Shown one piece after another: positions 18,909-29,156 of a DNA stretch of 64,000 bases (its first letter is position 1; the number at the start of each line of letters is the position of its first letter). Source of the stretch: Prasinococcaceae sp. CCMP 1430 (lineage: Eukaryota; Plantae; Prasinodermophyta); the NCBI GenBank assembly GCA_013416795.1, contig RQSC01001079.1:208861-272860 (forward strand), written 5' to 3'. Both the position numbers and the translations under genes were made by a program. Below the pieces are notes generated by a model, which saw only the letters and a list, made by a program, of their open reading frames with translations, was not told the DNA's origin and made no database searches.

Positions 18909-20201
18909 TCAGTACGTGGGGAAGGGGCTCCCCACGGCCGTGGTGCAACTGGGGTAGTCGACGCGCGGGAGGCCCTCGTTGGGCCTCACCGAGTGGTAGT
19001 AACGTTGCGCCTGCGACTTGCCATTCTCGCTCACGCTGAGAGAGCCGCCCGTGAAGAATGACATGCAGCCGCGATTGCCATCGTTGAAGTTCGACTTGTT
19101 CACAGCGGGCATCCCATGACGCCACGCCTGGAAATTTGTCTCACCCTGCGAGGTCGTCTTGGTGGGCGCCTTCTCGTTGGCGAGCACGATGTTCCGCTCG
19201 GCGCGAGCGCGGAAGCCGCTGTATCCTGGCGCCGAGCCGCGCGAGTACTGATCGAGGTCCGACAGCAGCATTTCGTCCTTGATCGAGGCGCGAGGCTGCT
19301 CGACATTCGACGCGCTCAGTGCCTCGGCTGCGCACGCGCATGCCTCGTCCGAAGCGGGGATGAAACCCGAGTAGCCCGGAACGTGGAAGTTCGAGCCCCC
19401 GCGCGTTGTGCCAAGGTTGAACTCCTTGGTGGACGCGTTCTTGACCTGTAGCCTCGCTGTTTCGGCGGCTCTGCTGAGTGGGTTGTCGCCATACTCGCCG
19501 TGCGCGTCCTTGTACACCGAGTGGCCCGAAAAACGCGGGCGCGCGAGGTGGGGCAGCACACGCGCGCGCGAAGCTCCCCTGCTGCTTACGCCTGCATTCG
19601 CAGCATCAGCGCCAGCTGGGACGGGGGCAGAGTCTTTGACCGTGCGCGTGAGCGTATTGTAGGTGGTGGAGTACCCGAGGCGGTCGACGAGTTCTCCGTG
19701 GTTCTGCGCGGCGCGCCCGACGCGATGTGCCGTGATCTGGTCGCAGATGGTAGGGCGCGCGTGCTCGCTCACATCACGCACGTGACGCGATATCTCAGCG
19801 CCGTCCTGCAGCTCCGCCTTGTACGTTGAAGTAGCCACGAACGGCTTCGAGCTCTCCGAAGACCGCGCGCTCTGGATCCAGTAGCCACCGCCTGTGCGCA
19901 TGTCCGAGCAGAAGCTCGTCGGCGACGCCTTCATGTGCTGCTTGTACATGGTATCGCGCAGGGTGGCAGTTTCGCGAGCGAGGTCCTCAGCCTTGGTGTC
20001 ATTTCCGTCGAAACCCGAGCGCTCGGTGGAGCCCTTGATGGGCAAGATGATGCCCTTGGACGAAGGGATGTAGCCTGTGTAGCCGGGCACGCCGATGTCA
20101 TTGCGGAAGCTGAGCATGCTCTTGTTGCCGCCCTGGCCGATGCCCTTGTGGTGATGGTCCGTGCCGATACCTTTGTGATACACGCCTGCCATGCCAGGCA
20201 T
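18909..20201 (-). CDS. FAM166/CIMIP2-like protein with PGY repeats; probable axonemal microtubule inner protein
   Basis: Three repeats VPGYTGYIP, VPGYSGFIP and APGYSGFRA, typical of FAM166-type ciliary MIPs. Confidence 0.7.
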   Translation of the reverse strand: MPGMAGVYHKGIGTDHHHKGIGQGGNKSMLSFRNDIGVPGYTGYIPSSKGIILPIKGSTERSGFDGNDTKAEDLARETATLRDTMYKQHMKASPTSFCSDMRTGGGYWIQSARSSESSKPFVATSTYKAELQDGAEISRHVRDVSEHARPTICDQITAHRVGRAAQNHGELVDRLGYSTTYNTLTRTVKDSAPVPAGADAANAGVSSRGASRARVLPHLARPRFSGHSVYKDAHGEYGDNPLSRAAETARLQVKNASTKEFNLGTTRGGSNFHVPGYSGFIPASDEACACAAEALSASNVEQPRASIKDEMLLSDLDQYSRGSAPGYSGFRARAERNIVLANEKAPTKTTSQGETNFQAWRHGMPAVNKSNFNDGNRGCMSFFTGGSLSVSENGKSQAQRYYHSVRPNEGLPRVDYPSCTTAVGSPFPTY

Positions 20202-20693
20202 GACGACAGGCCGGGTGGGGCCGGAGGTGTGTGTGTGGAGGGGGTGCTCTGCGCTTGCCCCTCCGTCCTCCCCCACGCACACACGCCTGCGGCCCGCGCT
20301 GCGGCTCCGGCTCCGTCAGCAGCAGAGGGTGAGCGCGCAGCGCACTCTGGGCGCTTCCCGCGCGACGGGGCGAGTGGGCCGCGCGGGGGGGGGGGGGCGC
20401 CAGGTCGTGTGCGCTCTGGCGCCTGCGCCGCCAGCAGCCCCGCCGTAGCGCCGCGGTGCTGCTCGCTGGCCCATCCAAAGCGCCGCGCCCAAATCGGGCG
20501 CGAGCGCGAGCTCGCGTTTGTCGGTCGGTCGACCGGCGTCCCCGACCGATACGAAACCCCATCTATTTGTTGGGGTTAGGGTTTATTGTTCGATGTCGAC
20601 ATCGACATCTGGGCAGCCTACTGTACCGAATTCGCGCGCACCGATGGCACGGGGGCTCCTTGTGTCACAACGCTAGTCCTCGTTTGAGTGTCA

Positions 20694-23600
20694 TTACGGG
20701 TCAGACGGTGGGTCTGCCATGGGCACGTCCGCGGGCGCTGGCGCGGCAGCAGGTGCTGGTGCAGCCGCTGGTGCAGCCGCTGGCGTCGCTGCAGGGGCCG
20801 CTGGAGGCGCGGACGAGGGGTTGGCGGCGGCCACGGGTGCCCCGGCGTTCGCGTCGGCGGAAGGCGCGGCAGAAGCGACCGCTGCCGCTGTGGGTGTCGC
20901 GTCGGCGGGCATTGCAGTGGGCGGCACCGACGCGGCAGCCGCGGGCTGCGCTCCTGCCGGCGCTACGCCACCACTGTCCGTGACTCCAGGCGTCGTGACC
21001 GTGTCCCACTGCACGGGCGGCTTCGCTGGGGCAGGCGGCTTAGGCTTGGGTGCGCGAGGCCTCGGCTCCCCCTTGACGGCCTTGGGCGACCTAGCCACGC
21101 CTGTTTTGCCCTTGGCAGCACCGGCAAGACTCGCTGTGGCCGCCTTGGCGCTGTCTGTACGCGCGCGCGACTTCTTGGTGTCTGCGTCGGCTTTCTCGAC
21201 CGCCTCTTTTGCCGCGGCACGCGCAGCGGCGATATCGACCCTCTCGGCCATGAGCTTGCGTCGCTCGACTGCCACCTGGTCACGTTCCTGCTGCAGCACG
21301 CGCTCAAGCTCCTCGAATGCCTTCATCTTCGCCTCCACTTTGCTCAATTGCGACTGCACAGCCATGCCGACCAGGCGCTGCAGCTCGCGCTCCTCGGCGT
21401 CTGCAAGGAGCTTCGCCTTGACGGCGGCCGCCGCGAGGCCTGTCGCGCACGCCTGCTTCACCTTGGCCAGGCTGGGCGCACCGTCAGCGCCGGTGCTTGC
21501 ATCGGTGCCGGCGCCAGCACCGGCTGTTTCCTTGGCGTTGGGCTCCCCCTGCTCTCCCGCATCACTGCCACCGCCCGCAGCCAGTGAAGGCTCCTCCTCA
21601 GCCAGTGCGCTGAGCGCTGCTTGCGCCGCCGCCGCGGCCACCTTGGGTCCCACCATCGCCGCGAGGAACGCAACTTGCGCCATCACAGGATTGGCAGCGT
21701 CCTCGAAGGGGGCCGGGGCCTTCCCCTCGTCGCGTGCGGCGAGCTCGTCAACCGCCGCAGCGCCCTTCTTGTCGAGCTGCTCGATGTATTCGTCCTGCAG
21801 AGGCAGGCGCAGAAAGTGCGTCACACACTGCAGGCGGCTCTTGGTGCCCACGTGTTCGGCGACGGCCTCCCAGTTGTCGCCGTGCTCTTCGAGCGCCTCA
21901 AGCAGCAGAAGCGACTCCGACGCGCTCCATGCGTTGGTCTCATCATCGCCGCCCACGATGACGTCCGCCAGCTTGGGCGCAGCCGCACTGGCCGGGGCGC
22001 GCACCAACACGAAGTCGGCGGCGGTGACATTGGGCGGGAATTGGCCGCTTCGATATGCTGCCGGGCATAGGTCGTGGTCCGGCACGGTGACGCAGTGATA
22101 GTGCATTTCTGTGCAGTCCACTCCGGAAGCGTTGCAGATCACGCGCGCACTACCGCGTGTGGCAGCCGCGCGCACAAGCGCGGCCGTAGCGATGCCGGCG
22201 GGGCCGTCGGCAGCCCCCAAGGGCTTCGCCAACCGGTTGCCGACCGCGGCGGCCGTGGCTGCACCAACGGCTGAGGGCGGCGGCACCGTGTACACGTCTG
22301 CCACAGCCTGCCGGCCCACCACCTGCAGCCCCGGCCTCGGCGCGTCCATCGCCGCGGCCGCCGCGGCGGCAGCGGCGTGCGCGCTGGCCGTGGCTGCGTC
22401 CGCAGCGCGCGCGACCGTATCCTGCCTCTGCTCGTTGGCCTGACCGACGCCGAAGTTGATGAGGCCCCACGCATCGAGGAATTGGTACACGCGTAGCATG
22501 GAGCTCACGTCGCCCACGAGCTCCCGCCTGCACTCAGTAAAGGTCAGCTTGCGCGATGCGTCCTCGCGGAACTTGTCGATCATGAAGTTGCGGTACTGCT
22601 TGTACACTGCCGCGGTCTTGCTGAAGGAGCGCCCGTTGAAGAACTCTGGAAGGTGGGTACGCTCAATGTCGTGCACGCCGTCCCACTCGAACCAGGCGGC
22701 ATACGCAGGCACACGGTACAGCTCCACCGCGCCCACACGCGGCGCCACACCGCCGTACGCGCCTGGAACGCCACTGGCGGCCGCCGCTGCGGCCGCTGCC
22801 GCGGCGGCGCGAGCGCCCAGGCCAGCAAATGCGTCGGGGTCCATCACAGTGAGCTGGCCCTGGCTCAGATTCTCCACGCGCTTGGTGCCATCTGCGGGCA
22901 CCGCTGTGGCGGCCACGGCAGCTGCGTTTGAGTCGGGCGGGTACTGCGCCACGGTGGCACCGGACCCGCGCCCTGCCAAGGTCACGTGCTCCCCCTCAAG
23001 CCGCACACGTTTGGCGTCACCATTCGCCCCGCTGGCGCCATCGATCTGGCGCTTTTCTCCGACACCGGTCTGCGGTGCGTCCACTGCAACTCCCTCCGAG
23101 GCTGCCGGAAGCGCATCCGTATCCATGTCCTCCACCTTGGGCACGCCCGCGGCGCCAGGCGGCGTCGCGAGCCCCCGTGCACCGTCCAAATAGTCCGCGG
23201 CGTTGCACCACTCGTTGTATTCCGCAGAATCGATCAGCCACTGCAGCGGCACGCGCACCGCCGTGCCACCCGCGCTCAGCTCGCGCGCGGCCAGCGCGGC
23301 TGCGGCGGCCTCGCGCTCACACTCGGCTGCGCTCGCACCCGCCTCGCTCTCCTTCACCCAGCTGTCGTGCGAGTCGGGCGTGCACATCCAGTGCACGCGC
23401 CACCAGCGCTCCCCGTCGTGCTGCACGCTCCCCCGCAGGCGGCCCCATGTGGCGTCCGGGCGCGCGGCCTGCGGCGCGTCCGCCACGACGACGTGCGTCG
23501 CTTCGGCCGCGCTCTTGACGACACTGCCGCCGAGCGACGTGGCGAGCTCCTCCAGGACAGGGATGCTACCCGAGGGGTGACCATCGAACGCCAGCCGCGG

Positions 23601-23900
23601 CGGGGTGTATGCACCCGCAGCTACAGCCGCATTATACGCGTCGCTGAGCACCTCAGCACCGGCCGCGGCGGATGAGGCATCAGCAACGCCAGCAGATGCG
23701 GCGAGCGTGAGGTCGCAGCCCGACGCGTGCACAGCCGCAAGCGCAGCTCGCAGCACCTCACTGCCATAGCACGCGGCGCCGTCGCCCTTGGCCCCATCGG
23801 CACCCACGAAGAGCGCGCTAGCGGGCAGGCGCACGACGCGCGGCCTAGGTCGCGGGGCATCGCGGCCGAGCACAAGCTCGCTCAGCTGCACGAGGTTCAT
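20694..23900 (-). CDS. SWI3: SWI/SNF subunit SWI3/SMARCC (BRCT-like + chromo-like, SWIRM, ZZ-like, SANT, SWIRM-associated coiled coil)
   Basis: SWIRM (YAAWFEWDGVHDIERTHLPEFF...YKQYRNFMI...FLDAWGLINF), SANT (WSASESLLLLEALEEHGDNWEAVAEHVGTKSRLQCVTHFLRLP), PFEDAANPVMAQVAFL, AAAVKAKLLADAEEREL. Confidence 0.93.
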   Translation of the reverse strand: MNLVQLSELVLGRDAPRPRPRVVRLPASALFVGADGAKGDGAACYGSEVLRAALAAVHASGCDLTLAASAGVADASSAAAGAEVLSDAYNAAVAAGAYTPPRLAFDGHPSGSIPVLEELATSLGGSVVKSAAEATHVVVADAPQAARPDATWGRLRGSVQHDGERWWRVHWMCTPDSHDSWVKESEAGASAAECEREAAAAALAARELSAGGTAVRVPLQWLIDSAEYNEWCNAADYLDGARGLATPPGAAGVPKVEDMDTDALPAASEGVAVDAPQTGVGEKRQIDGASGANGDAKRVRLEGEHVTLAGRGSGATVAQYPPDSNAAAVAATAVPADGTKRVENLSQGQLTVMDPDAFAGLGARAAAAAAAAAAASGVPGAYGGVAPRVGAVELYRVPAYAAWFEWDGVHDIERTHLPEFFNGRSFSKTAAVYKQYRNFMIDKFREDASRKLTFTECRRELVGDVSSMLRVYQFLDAWGLINFGVGQANEQRQDTVARAADAATASAHAAAAAAAAAMDAPRPGLQVVGRQAVADVYTVPPPSAVGAATAAAVGNRLAKPLGAADGPAGIATAALVRAAATRGSARVICNASGVDCTEMHYHCVTVPDHDLCPAAYRSGQFPPNVTAADFVLVRAPASAAAPKLADVIVGGDDETNAWSASESLLLLEALEEHGDNWEAVAEHVGTKSRLQCVTHFLRLPLQDEYIEQLDKKGAAAVDELAARDEGKAPAPFEDAANPVMAQVAFLAAMVGPKVAAAAAQAALSALAEEEPSLAAGGGSDAGEQGEPNAKETAGAGAGTDASTGADGAPSLAKVKQACATGLAAAAVKAKLLADAEERELQRLVGMAVQSQLSKVEAKMKAFEELERVLQQERDQVAVERRKLMAERVDIAAARAAAKEAVEKADADTKKSRARTDSAKAATASLAGAAKGKTGVARSPKAVKGEPRPRAPKPKPPAPAKPPVQWDTVTTPGVTDSGGVAPAGAQPAAAASVPPTAMPADATPTAAAVASAAPSADANAGAPVAAANPSSAPPAAPAATPAAAPAAAPAPAAAPAPADVPMADPPSDP

Positions 23901-24909
23901 TGCGTCGCGCGCCACTGACGACGCCGGGCGGCCGAGGGCCGCCGCAATGCCCTCAAAGCGAGCGGCAGCATCGGGACCCTGCGAGTGCGCGCGCCGCGCA
24001 CGTCAGCCACGCATTCTGTCACCAGCAGCGTCTCCACGCGCGCTGCGCAGCCCCGCGTGCAGCCGCGCTGCTGCGGCGGTGGCGATCGGCTAACGGCGAC
24101 CACGGCGCACTTGAACGCGCACAGAACAAAGCAGCCGCCGGCGCGCCCGCCGCGCTCGCCTCCGACGCTGCGCCCGCGACGGAGGGAGCGCCAGAAAGTG
24201 AAGGACAGACGGAGAGTGGGAATGCGTCTGCGTGTGTGTGTGTGGGGGGGGAGGAATGCAAAGAACAGCAGCGCCGCCGGCGGCGGTGGCGGCAGCAGCA
24301 GCGGGGCTGCCACTGCAGACGGCGGCGGGGCCGAGCATGCGAGCACTCGCGCCCTCCGCGCGGAGAGGAAAACAAAAAAAAACCAACCCTAACGCTTGCG
24401 CGAGGCCGGGCGCTGATCCAGCCGTCCATGCACGTTGACGTGTCGCAGTAGAGCGGGTGGTCAGGCGCCATCGCGTCGCGTGGCTCGGGACCGGCGCCGC
24501 CGGCGCCGCCGAGAGCGCACGCTGTGGCACAGCTGCGGCGCGGTTGTGCTGCCTTCTCCCCAAATCTAAATCCCATCAAAACGCGTTAGCTCTGGCTTTT
24601 TCTTTTTTCCGTTTTCCGAGGGGAGCGTCTCCCGCCGTTTCCTCCCACGTACTAATGCGCCTGATATGTTGGAAAAATGCGGAAGCCGCGACACGCGGTT
24701 TGCTGTTCCGCGATTTGTTCGCGGGGAACTCGTTGCCGTTGCGCTGCGCGGACACTGCCGGCAGAGCGCGTGCGCGCGGCGGCGCCCCTGCGCGGCCTCG
24801 CTCCCCTCCAAGGAGCCCCGCCGCAGCGTCCCAAACCTCTCTTCCCCCCGCCAACGCCGGGCCTCGCTCGCCTGTGCCCCGCGACGCCCGCTTCCCTCCG
24901 CGAGCGGCG

Positions 24910-25869
24910 ATGGGCCTGTGCCTGGATGACGTGTCGAGCTCAGACGACGACCTCTTCAGCTGCAGGGCCGCGTCGCAGGCGCGCATCGCCGCGCAGCACG
25001 AGCGCGAGCAGAAGCAGCAGCAGGCGCAGGCGCAGGAGCAGGCCAACGGACGGGGCGGCGGGGACGGCTCGGCCGCGCCGTACAGCGTCGAGGACCACGC
25101 GCGGGAGGAACGCGGCGCGGCGGGTGTAGGGGGAAAGCGTGGGCGCGAGGCAAAGTTGAGCGCCGCGGGAGGGGCGGGCGCATTGAGCGACGATGAGGAC
25201 GATGCCGAGGCACGCACGAGCAGCGCCGGCGGCCCGCCAGAGGGCGCAGGCGGCAGCGAAGACGTAGTGGTGCTTAGCGATGACGAGCAAGCCGTCTCGC
25301 CGCGCCAGAAGAGGCAACGCGAGAGCGCGCACCGTCGGGGCGATGGCGGCGGCGGCAACGATGACGGCTTCCACGCGTTGCCCCGCGCCGGCACGGTCGC
25401 TGCGAATGATGGCGGCAGCGACGATGGCAGCGACAGAGAGGACACGCCACAAGCCGAACTCGACGACGCCATAAAACAGGTGCGCGAGGAGCAGAACCGG
25501 CGCTTCCAGGAGGTGCAAGCGCTCCTGGACGCGGGCGAGGAGGAGCCGTCAGGTGATGATGAGGACGACGATTACGGAGATTACGACGAGGAGGCAAAGC
25601 GGCAGACGGACAGCGACATCGAGGAGATCGCCCCGCCCGGGACAGCGAGGGTCACGGTCAACCTCGTCGTGCAATTAAATCCGAGGGAGAAGCTAGACCT
25701 CCACCTGTACTCCGATGAGCCTTTCGAGAAGGTCGTTTCCGCCGTGGCGAAGCACAAGGGGTGGGGCAGCTGTGCGCTCTCGTTCGATGGCGACCGCATC
25801 GCGCCGACCGACACGCCCCAGACGCACGACATAGAGGACGGCGACATCATTGAGGCGCGCGAGGGGTGA
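24910..25869 (+). CDS. Rad60/NIP45-like protein with C-terminal SUMO-like domain
   Basis: Acidic disordered N-terminus with SIM-like VVVLSDDE. C-terminal LSFDGDRIAPTDTPQTHDIEDGDIIEA SUMO-like fold lacking di-Gly. Confidence 0.75.
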   Translation: MGLCLDDVSSSDDDLFSCRAASQARIAAQHEREQKQQQAQAQEQANGRGGGDGSAAPYSVEDHAREERGAAGVGGKRGREAKLSAAGGAGALSDDEDDAEARTSSAGGPPEGAGGSEDVVVLSDDEQAVSPRQKRQRESAHRRGDGGGGNDDGFHALPRAGTVAANDGGSDDGSDREDTPQAELDDAIKQVREEQNRRFQEVQALLDAGEEEPSGDDEDDDYGDYDEEAKRQTDSDIEEIAPPGTARVTVNLVVQLNPREKLDLHLYSDEPFEKVVSAVAKHKGWGSCALSFDGDRIAPTDTPQTHDIEDGDIIEAREG

Positions 25870-25998
25870 GTCCTGCAGAAGGCAGCATAAGCGAATCCCA
25901 TGTCGAGTGACCCACGCACGGATGCACTTACACGTGCAGGGTGCGCCATGCGCTCGCGACGCTACGCGAAGTCATATTAGCGAGTTTCCCCTCCGCTG

Positions 25999-28335
25999 CT
26001 AGCGCCTATACCTCAAGAAGGCGAGGTTGTACCAAACACGAAGGACGCCGCGTTCGAATGTGTTTCTCTCTCCGCGCTTCTGGCCGTGAGCGATAGGGCC
26101 GTTGACCACCCGGAAGGCGATGTCCTCGTACGGCGGCCCGGCGTGGAACTTGATGAGCACAGTCTCCCCCTCGGGGCTCGCCGGGTCGGGGAGGAAAGAG
26201 TACGTGGGCGGCTTGGACTTGTCAATGAGGTCCGGATAGAAGATGTTGAACTTGTAGCCGGTGACGCTCTTGGGCGGTGGGTTGTCGAAGTCGTAGTGGG
26301 TGCGGTTGTACTGGTGCCACTGGTAGCTCGTTGTGACGCGATTGAAGTACATTGGCTTGCGCGGCCGGAACCTGTCGTGCGCCCAACCGCCCAACCCGCT
26401 GTCGACGCCCACCTCCTGCCGGAAGTTGCCATCGGTATCTCCCCTGGTGCCCATCTCTTTCTCGGCCTCGGCGCGGAATGCCCTCTCGGCGGCCTCGCGG
26501 TCCTGCACCGCGGCCTGCGTGAAGCGTGTCGCCACCAGCGCGCCCTCGGCCTCCTCCATGTCTGTTCTGCCCTGCGCGCCCGAGCCGCCGGCGCCCTCAC
26601 CAGCCGCGGCCGCGGCCGACACGACCGCCGCCGCCTGCGCCGCCTGCTCCTCCACCACTGAGCCCTGCAAGGCGGCGCCCTTGCCCTTGATGCCGCGCGC
26701 GCGCGCGCGGCGTAGCTGGCGCAGCTGCTGCAGGTCCTCCTCCGGCTCGAGCACCGGCCAGGCGCCCAGAGTCCGAAGCTCGCTCTCGTCCTCGGGCTCG
26801 GGCGACGGCGAGCCCGCCGCGCGCGTCGTGCGAAACGCCTCGCGCCGCGCGGCCTCCTCGGCTGCCGCGTCGGCCTCGGCGTTCCGCACGGCGGCCTCTT
26901 CCTCCGCGTCCGTGACCGCAACTGCCGCTGCCGAAGCGGTGCCGTCCGCAGCGGTCCCCTCGCCGCCCTTCTCGGCCGCCTCGAGCATCGCCCGTCTCTG
27001 CGCCTCCATCGCCTGCGAACTGAGCACCTCATGGATGTCGTCAAGCGCCGCCGCCGCGCGGAAGTAGCCTAGACGTGCCTTCACGCGCTCCCAGTACTCC
27101 ACTTCCACTGCGCCGCCGCCAGTGAGCATCGACTCGATCTGCGCTGACATTTCATCGAGGGCCGCGCTGCTCTTGCCCGCGAGCAGCGAGTCGACTTCGG
27201 CGTGGATGTCGTCGCCGCCTCCCGATTTGGACCTGTTGGCGGCCTCGACATGTTCCTCCTGGTCGCGTCCCCAGCGGCGCGTCTTGTTGCGCGTCATCTC
27301 GGCGCGGTGCGTGCGCAGCTTTTCCTCGACCACAGGCAACATCGCCAGCCAGAACTCATGCTCGATGCCCTGCGCCTGACCGGCGCCGTCCATCAGCGCA
27401 AGCTGGCCTCGCACGTCCGCCTGGAGGTCCTGAATCTCCCGCTCCGTAAGGTCCTCCATGATGTCGATCGGCTTCAAGTTGAAGTCGTAGTCCAGCCCCG
27501 CCGCCAGCTGCTTGGTGAGCACGTCAAAGGGCTTGGCGCGCCCCTCGGCTATGCGTATCTCCGAGCGCACGCGCGCCTGCTGCGCGTGGAACTCGTCCTC
27601 CTTTTGCTCCCAGCCCGCGAATTCAAGCATGGCGCGCTCGCGGTTGAGCTGTTCCATCTCGGCGTCGTGCTCAGCCTGCTCGCGCGCGCGGTCCTCGCGC
27701 CGGCGTTTGACCTTTTCGATCTCCTCGAGGCGTGCCTCGTGGCGGCGGCGCTCGGCGTCGAGCGTGAGCTCATCGCTAATGTCCTTGCCGGCATTGACGT
27801 CCGCCGTTATCTTCTTGCGCCAAACGAAGCGCTCGGTCAGGTTGGCGTCACCGAAGGGATTGTCTTCATTCGTGTAGCCGGCGATCGAGTCCACACGCAG
27901 CGTGCGCGCAAGCTTGCGCGCGCGGCGCTCCGCATACGCCGCTGCGTCCAGCTTCGCGTCCTTCGGCGCCGGCGACGGCGAGCGTGAGCGCGAGCTCGAG
28001 CGCGAGCGCCGCCGGCGCGACGACTTGCGGCCATCCCTGTCGCGCTCACGCCGGTGGCGCGAGGACGAGGAGCGGTGGCGGCGCCTGTGCTCCCTGTCCT
28101 CCCTATGCTCCTTGTGGCGCTTGTGCTCTTTGCGCGACGAGCGGCGCCCGCCGTCGCGTCGCGAGCTGCGTCCGCGCTCGTCGCCGCTGCCGCCGGGGCT
28201 CGCACTGCGGCTTCGGCTTCTCCTCCTGTTCGGACTGCGGCTGCGGCTGCGCCTCGGGCTGGGCGCGCGCTCCTTACCCTTCCCCCTCTCGGCGCTGCCC
28301 GCCCGCCGCTCGGGGCTGCGGGCGCGCTCGCCCAT
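25999..28335 (-). CDS. CACTIN: Cactin (spliceosome-associated)
   Basis: RS-rich N-terminus, GYTNEDNPFGDANLTERFVW, RKPMYFNRV...WHQYNRTHYDFDNPPPKSVTGYKFNIFYPDLIDK, FHAGPPYEDIAF. Confidence 0.93.
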   Translation of the reverse strand: MGERARSPERRAGSAERGKGKERAPSPRRSRSRSPNRRRSRSRSASPGGSGDERGRSSRRDGGRRSSRKEHKRHKEHREDREHRRRHRSSSSRHRRERDRDGRKSSRRRRSRSSSRSRSPSPAPKDAKLDAAAYAERRARKLARTLRVDSIAGYTNEDNPFGDANLTERFVWRKKITADVNAGKDISDELTLDAERRRHEARLEEIEKVKRRREDRAREQAEHDAEMEQLNRERAMLEFAGWEQKEDEFHAQQARVRSEIRIAEGRAKPFDVLTKQLAAGLDYDFNLKPIDIMEDLTEREIQDLQADVRGQLALMDGAGQAQGIEHEFWLAMLPVVEEKLRTHRAEMTRNKTRRWGRDQEEHVEAANRSKSGGGDDIHAEVDSLLAGKSSAALDEMSAQIESMLTGGGAVEVEYWERVKARLGYFRAAAALDDIHEVLSSQAMEAQRRAMLEAAEKGGEGTAADGTASAAAVAVTDAEEEAAVRNAEADAAAEEAARREAFRTTRAAGSPSPEPEDESELRTLGAWPVLEPEEDLQQLRQLRRARARGIKGKGAALQGSVVEEQAAQAAAVVSAAAAAGEGAGGSGAQGRTDMEEAEGALVATRFTQAAVQDREAAERAFRAEAEKEMGTRGDTDGNFRQEVGVDSGLGGWAHDRFRPRKPMYFNRVTTSYQWHQYNRTHYDFDNPPPKSVTGYKFNIFYPDLIDKSKPPTYSFLPDPASPEGETVLIKFHAGPPYEDIAFRVVNGPIAHGQKRGERNTFERGVLRVWYNLAFLRYRR

Positions 28336-28598
28336 CGCAGACGCCGCCCCGCGCTGCGCCGCGGACCGCGCCGCGACGCGCGTGCCTACCCACTCACTTG
28401 TCCTCCCCCGCAAGGAAAAGAGGAGAGCGAGCGAGCCGCCGCGAAGCGTGCGCGAATGCGCCCCCAGCCAGACCTAGGGGATACCCACTTACCCCTGCCC
28501 ACCCGCCCCACCCTGCGCGCTGCCGGCGCCCACCGCACACGATGAGGCCACCCTTGCTTTTGTAAACCGAACTTTTTCGGCGTCGCTCATCCATTTTT

Positions 28599-28671
28599 GA
28601 CCTCGTGGCCCAATGGACAAGGCGCCGGTCTACGGAACCGGAGATTCAGGGTTCGAGTCCCTGCGAGGTCG
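28599..28671 (+). tRNA. trnR-ACG: tRNA-Arg (anticodon ACG), intronless
   Basis: Cloverleaf: acceptor GACCTCG/CGAGGTC, D-arm TGGCCCAATGG, anticodon arm CCGGT-CTACGGA-ACCGG, T-arm CAGGG-TTCGAGT-CCCTG. T-tract terminator follows. Confidence 0.95.
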
Positions 28672-29076
28672 GCTTTTTTGCATCGGAACGCATGCGTTCA
28701 TCCGCGCTTTTTTTTTTTCCGCGGCGAGCGCTTTTCCCACGCGCCCGTGGGTGCGCGACATGTGTTAGAGAGATGCGGGACGCGCGTCTGCGTGCGCCTG
28801 TCCGCTTTTGGCGCGCGTTGGCTTGGCGGGACGCCGCCGCGTTGGCGCGTGCCCGCCACAGCGCGCGCGCAGCGGGCGCGCCAACCGTGAAGTCGCGCGC
28901 CTCGGGGGCGGGGGAAGGGAAGGGGGGGGCGCGGCGTGAGGGAAGAGGCGGCCGCGCAGGCGCTGCGCCGCTTCCGAGGAGTCGCCCGCCCGCGCGGCGC
29001 AGCTCCCACCTCCCTGCGCGAGAGAGCGGGGGAGCGGGGCGTCGTTTCTGATTGCCGTGCGGGCGGGCAAGCCGCG

Positions 29077-29115
29077 ATGGCGCGGAAGAAGAAGGGGGGT
29101 GGGGGTGCGGGCGGC

Positions 29116-29156
<41 letters not shown>

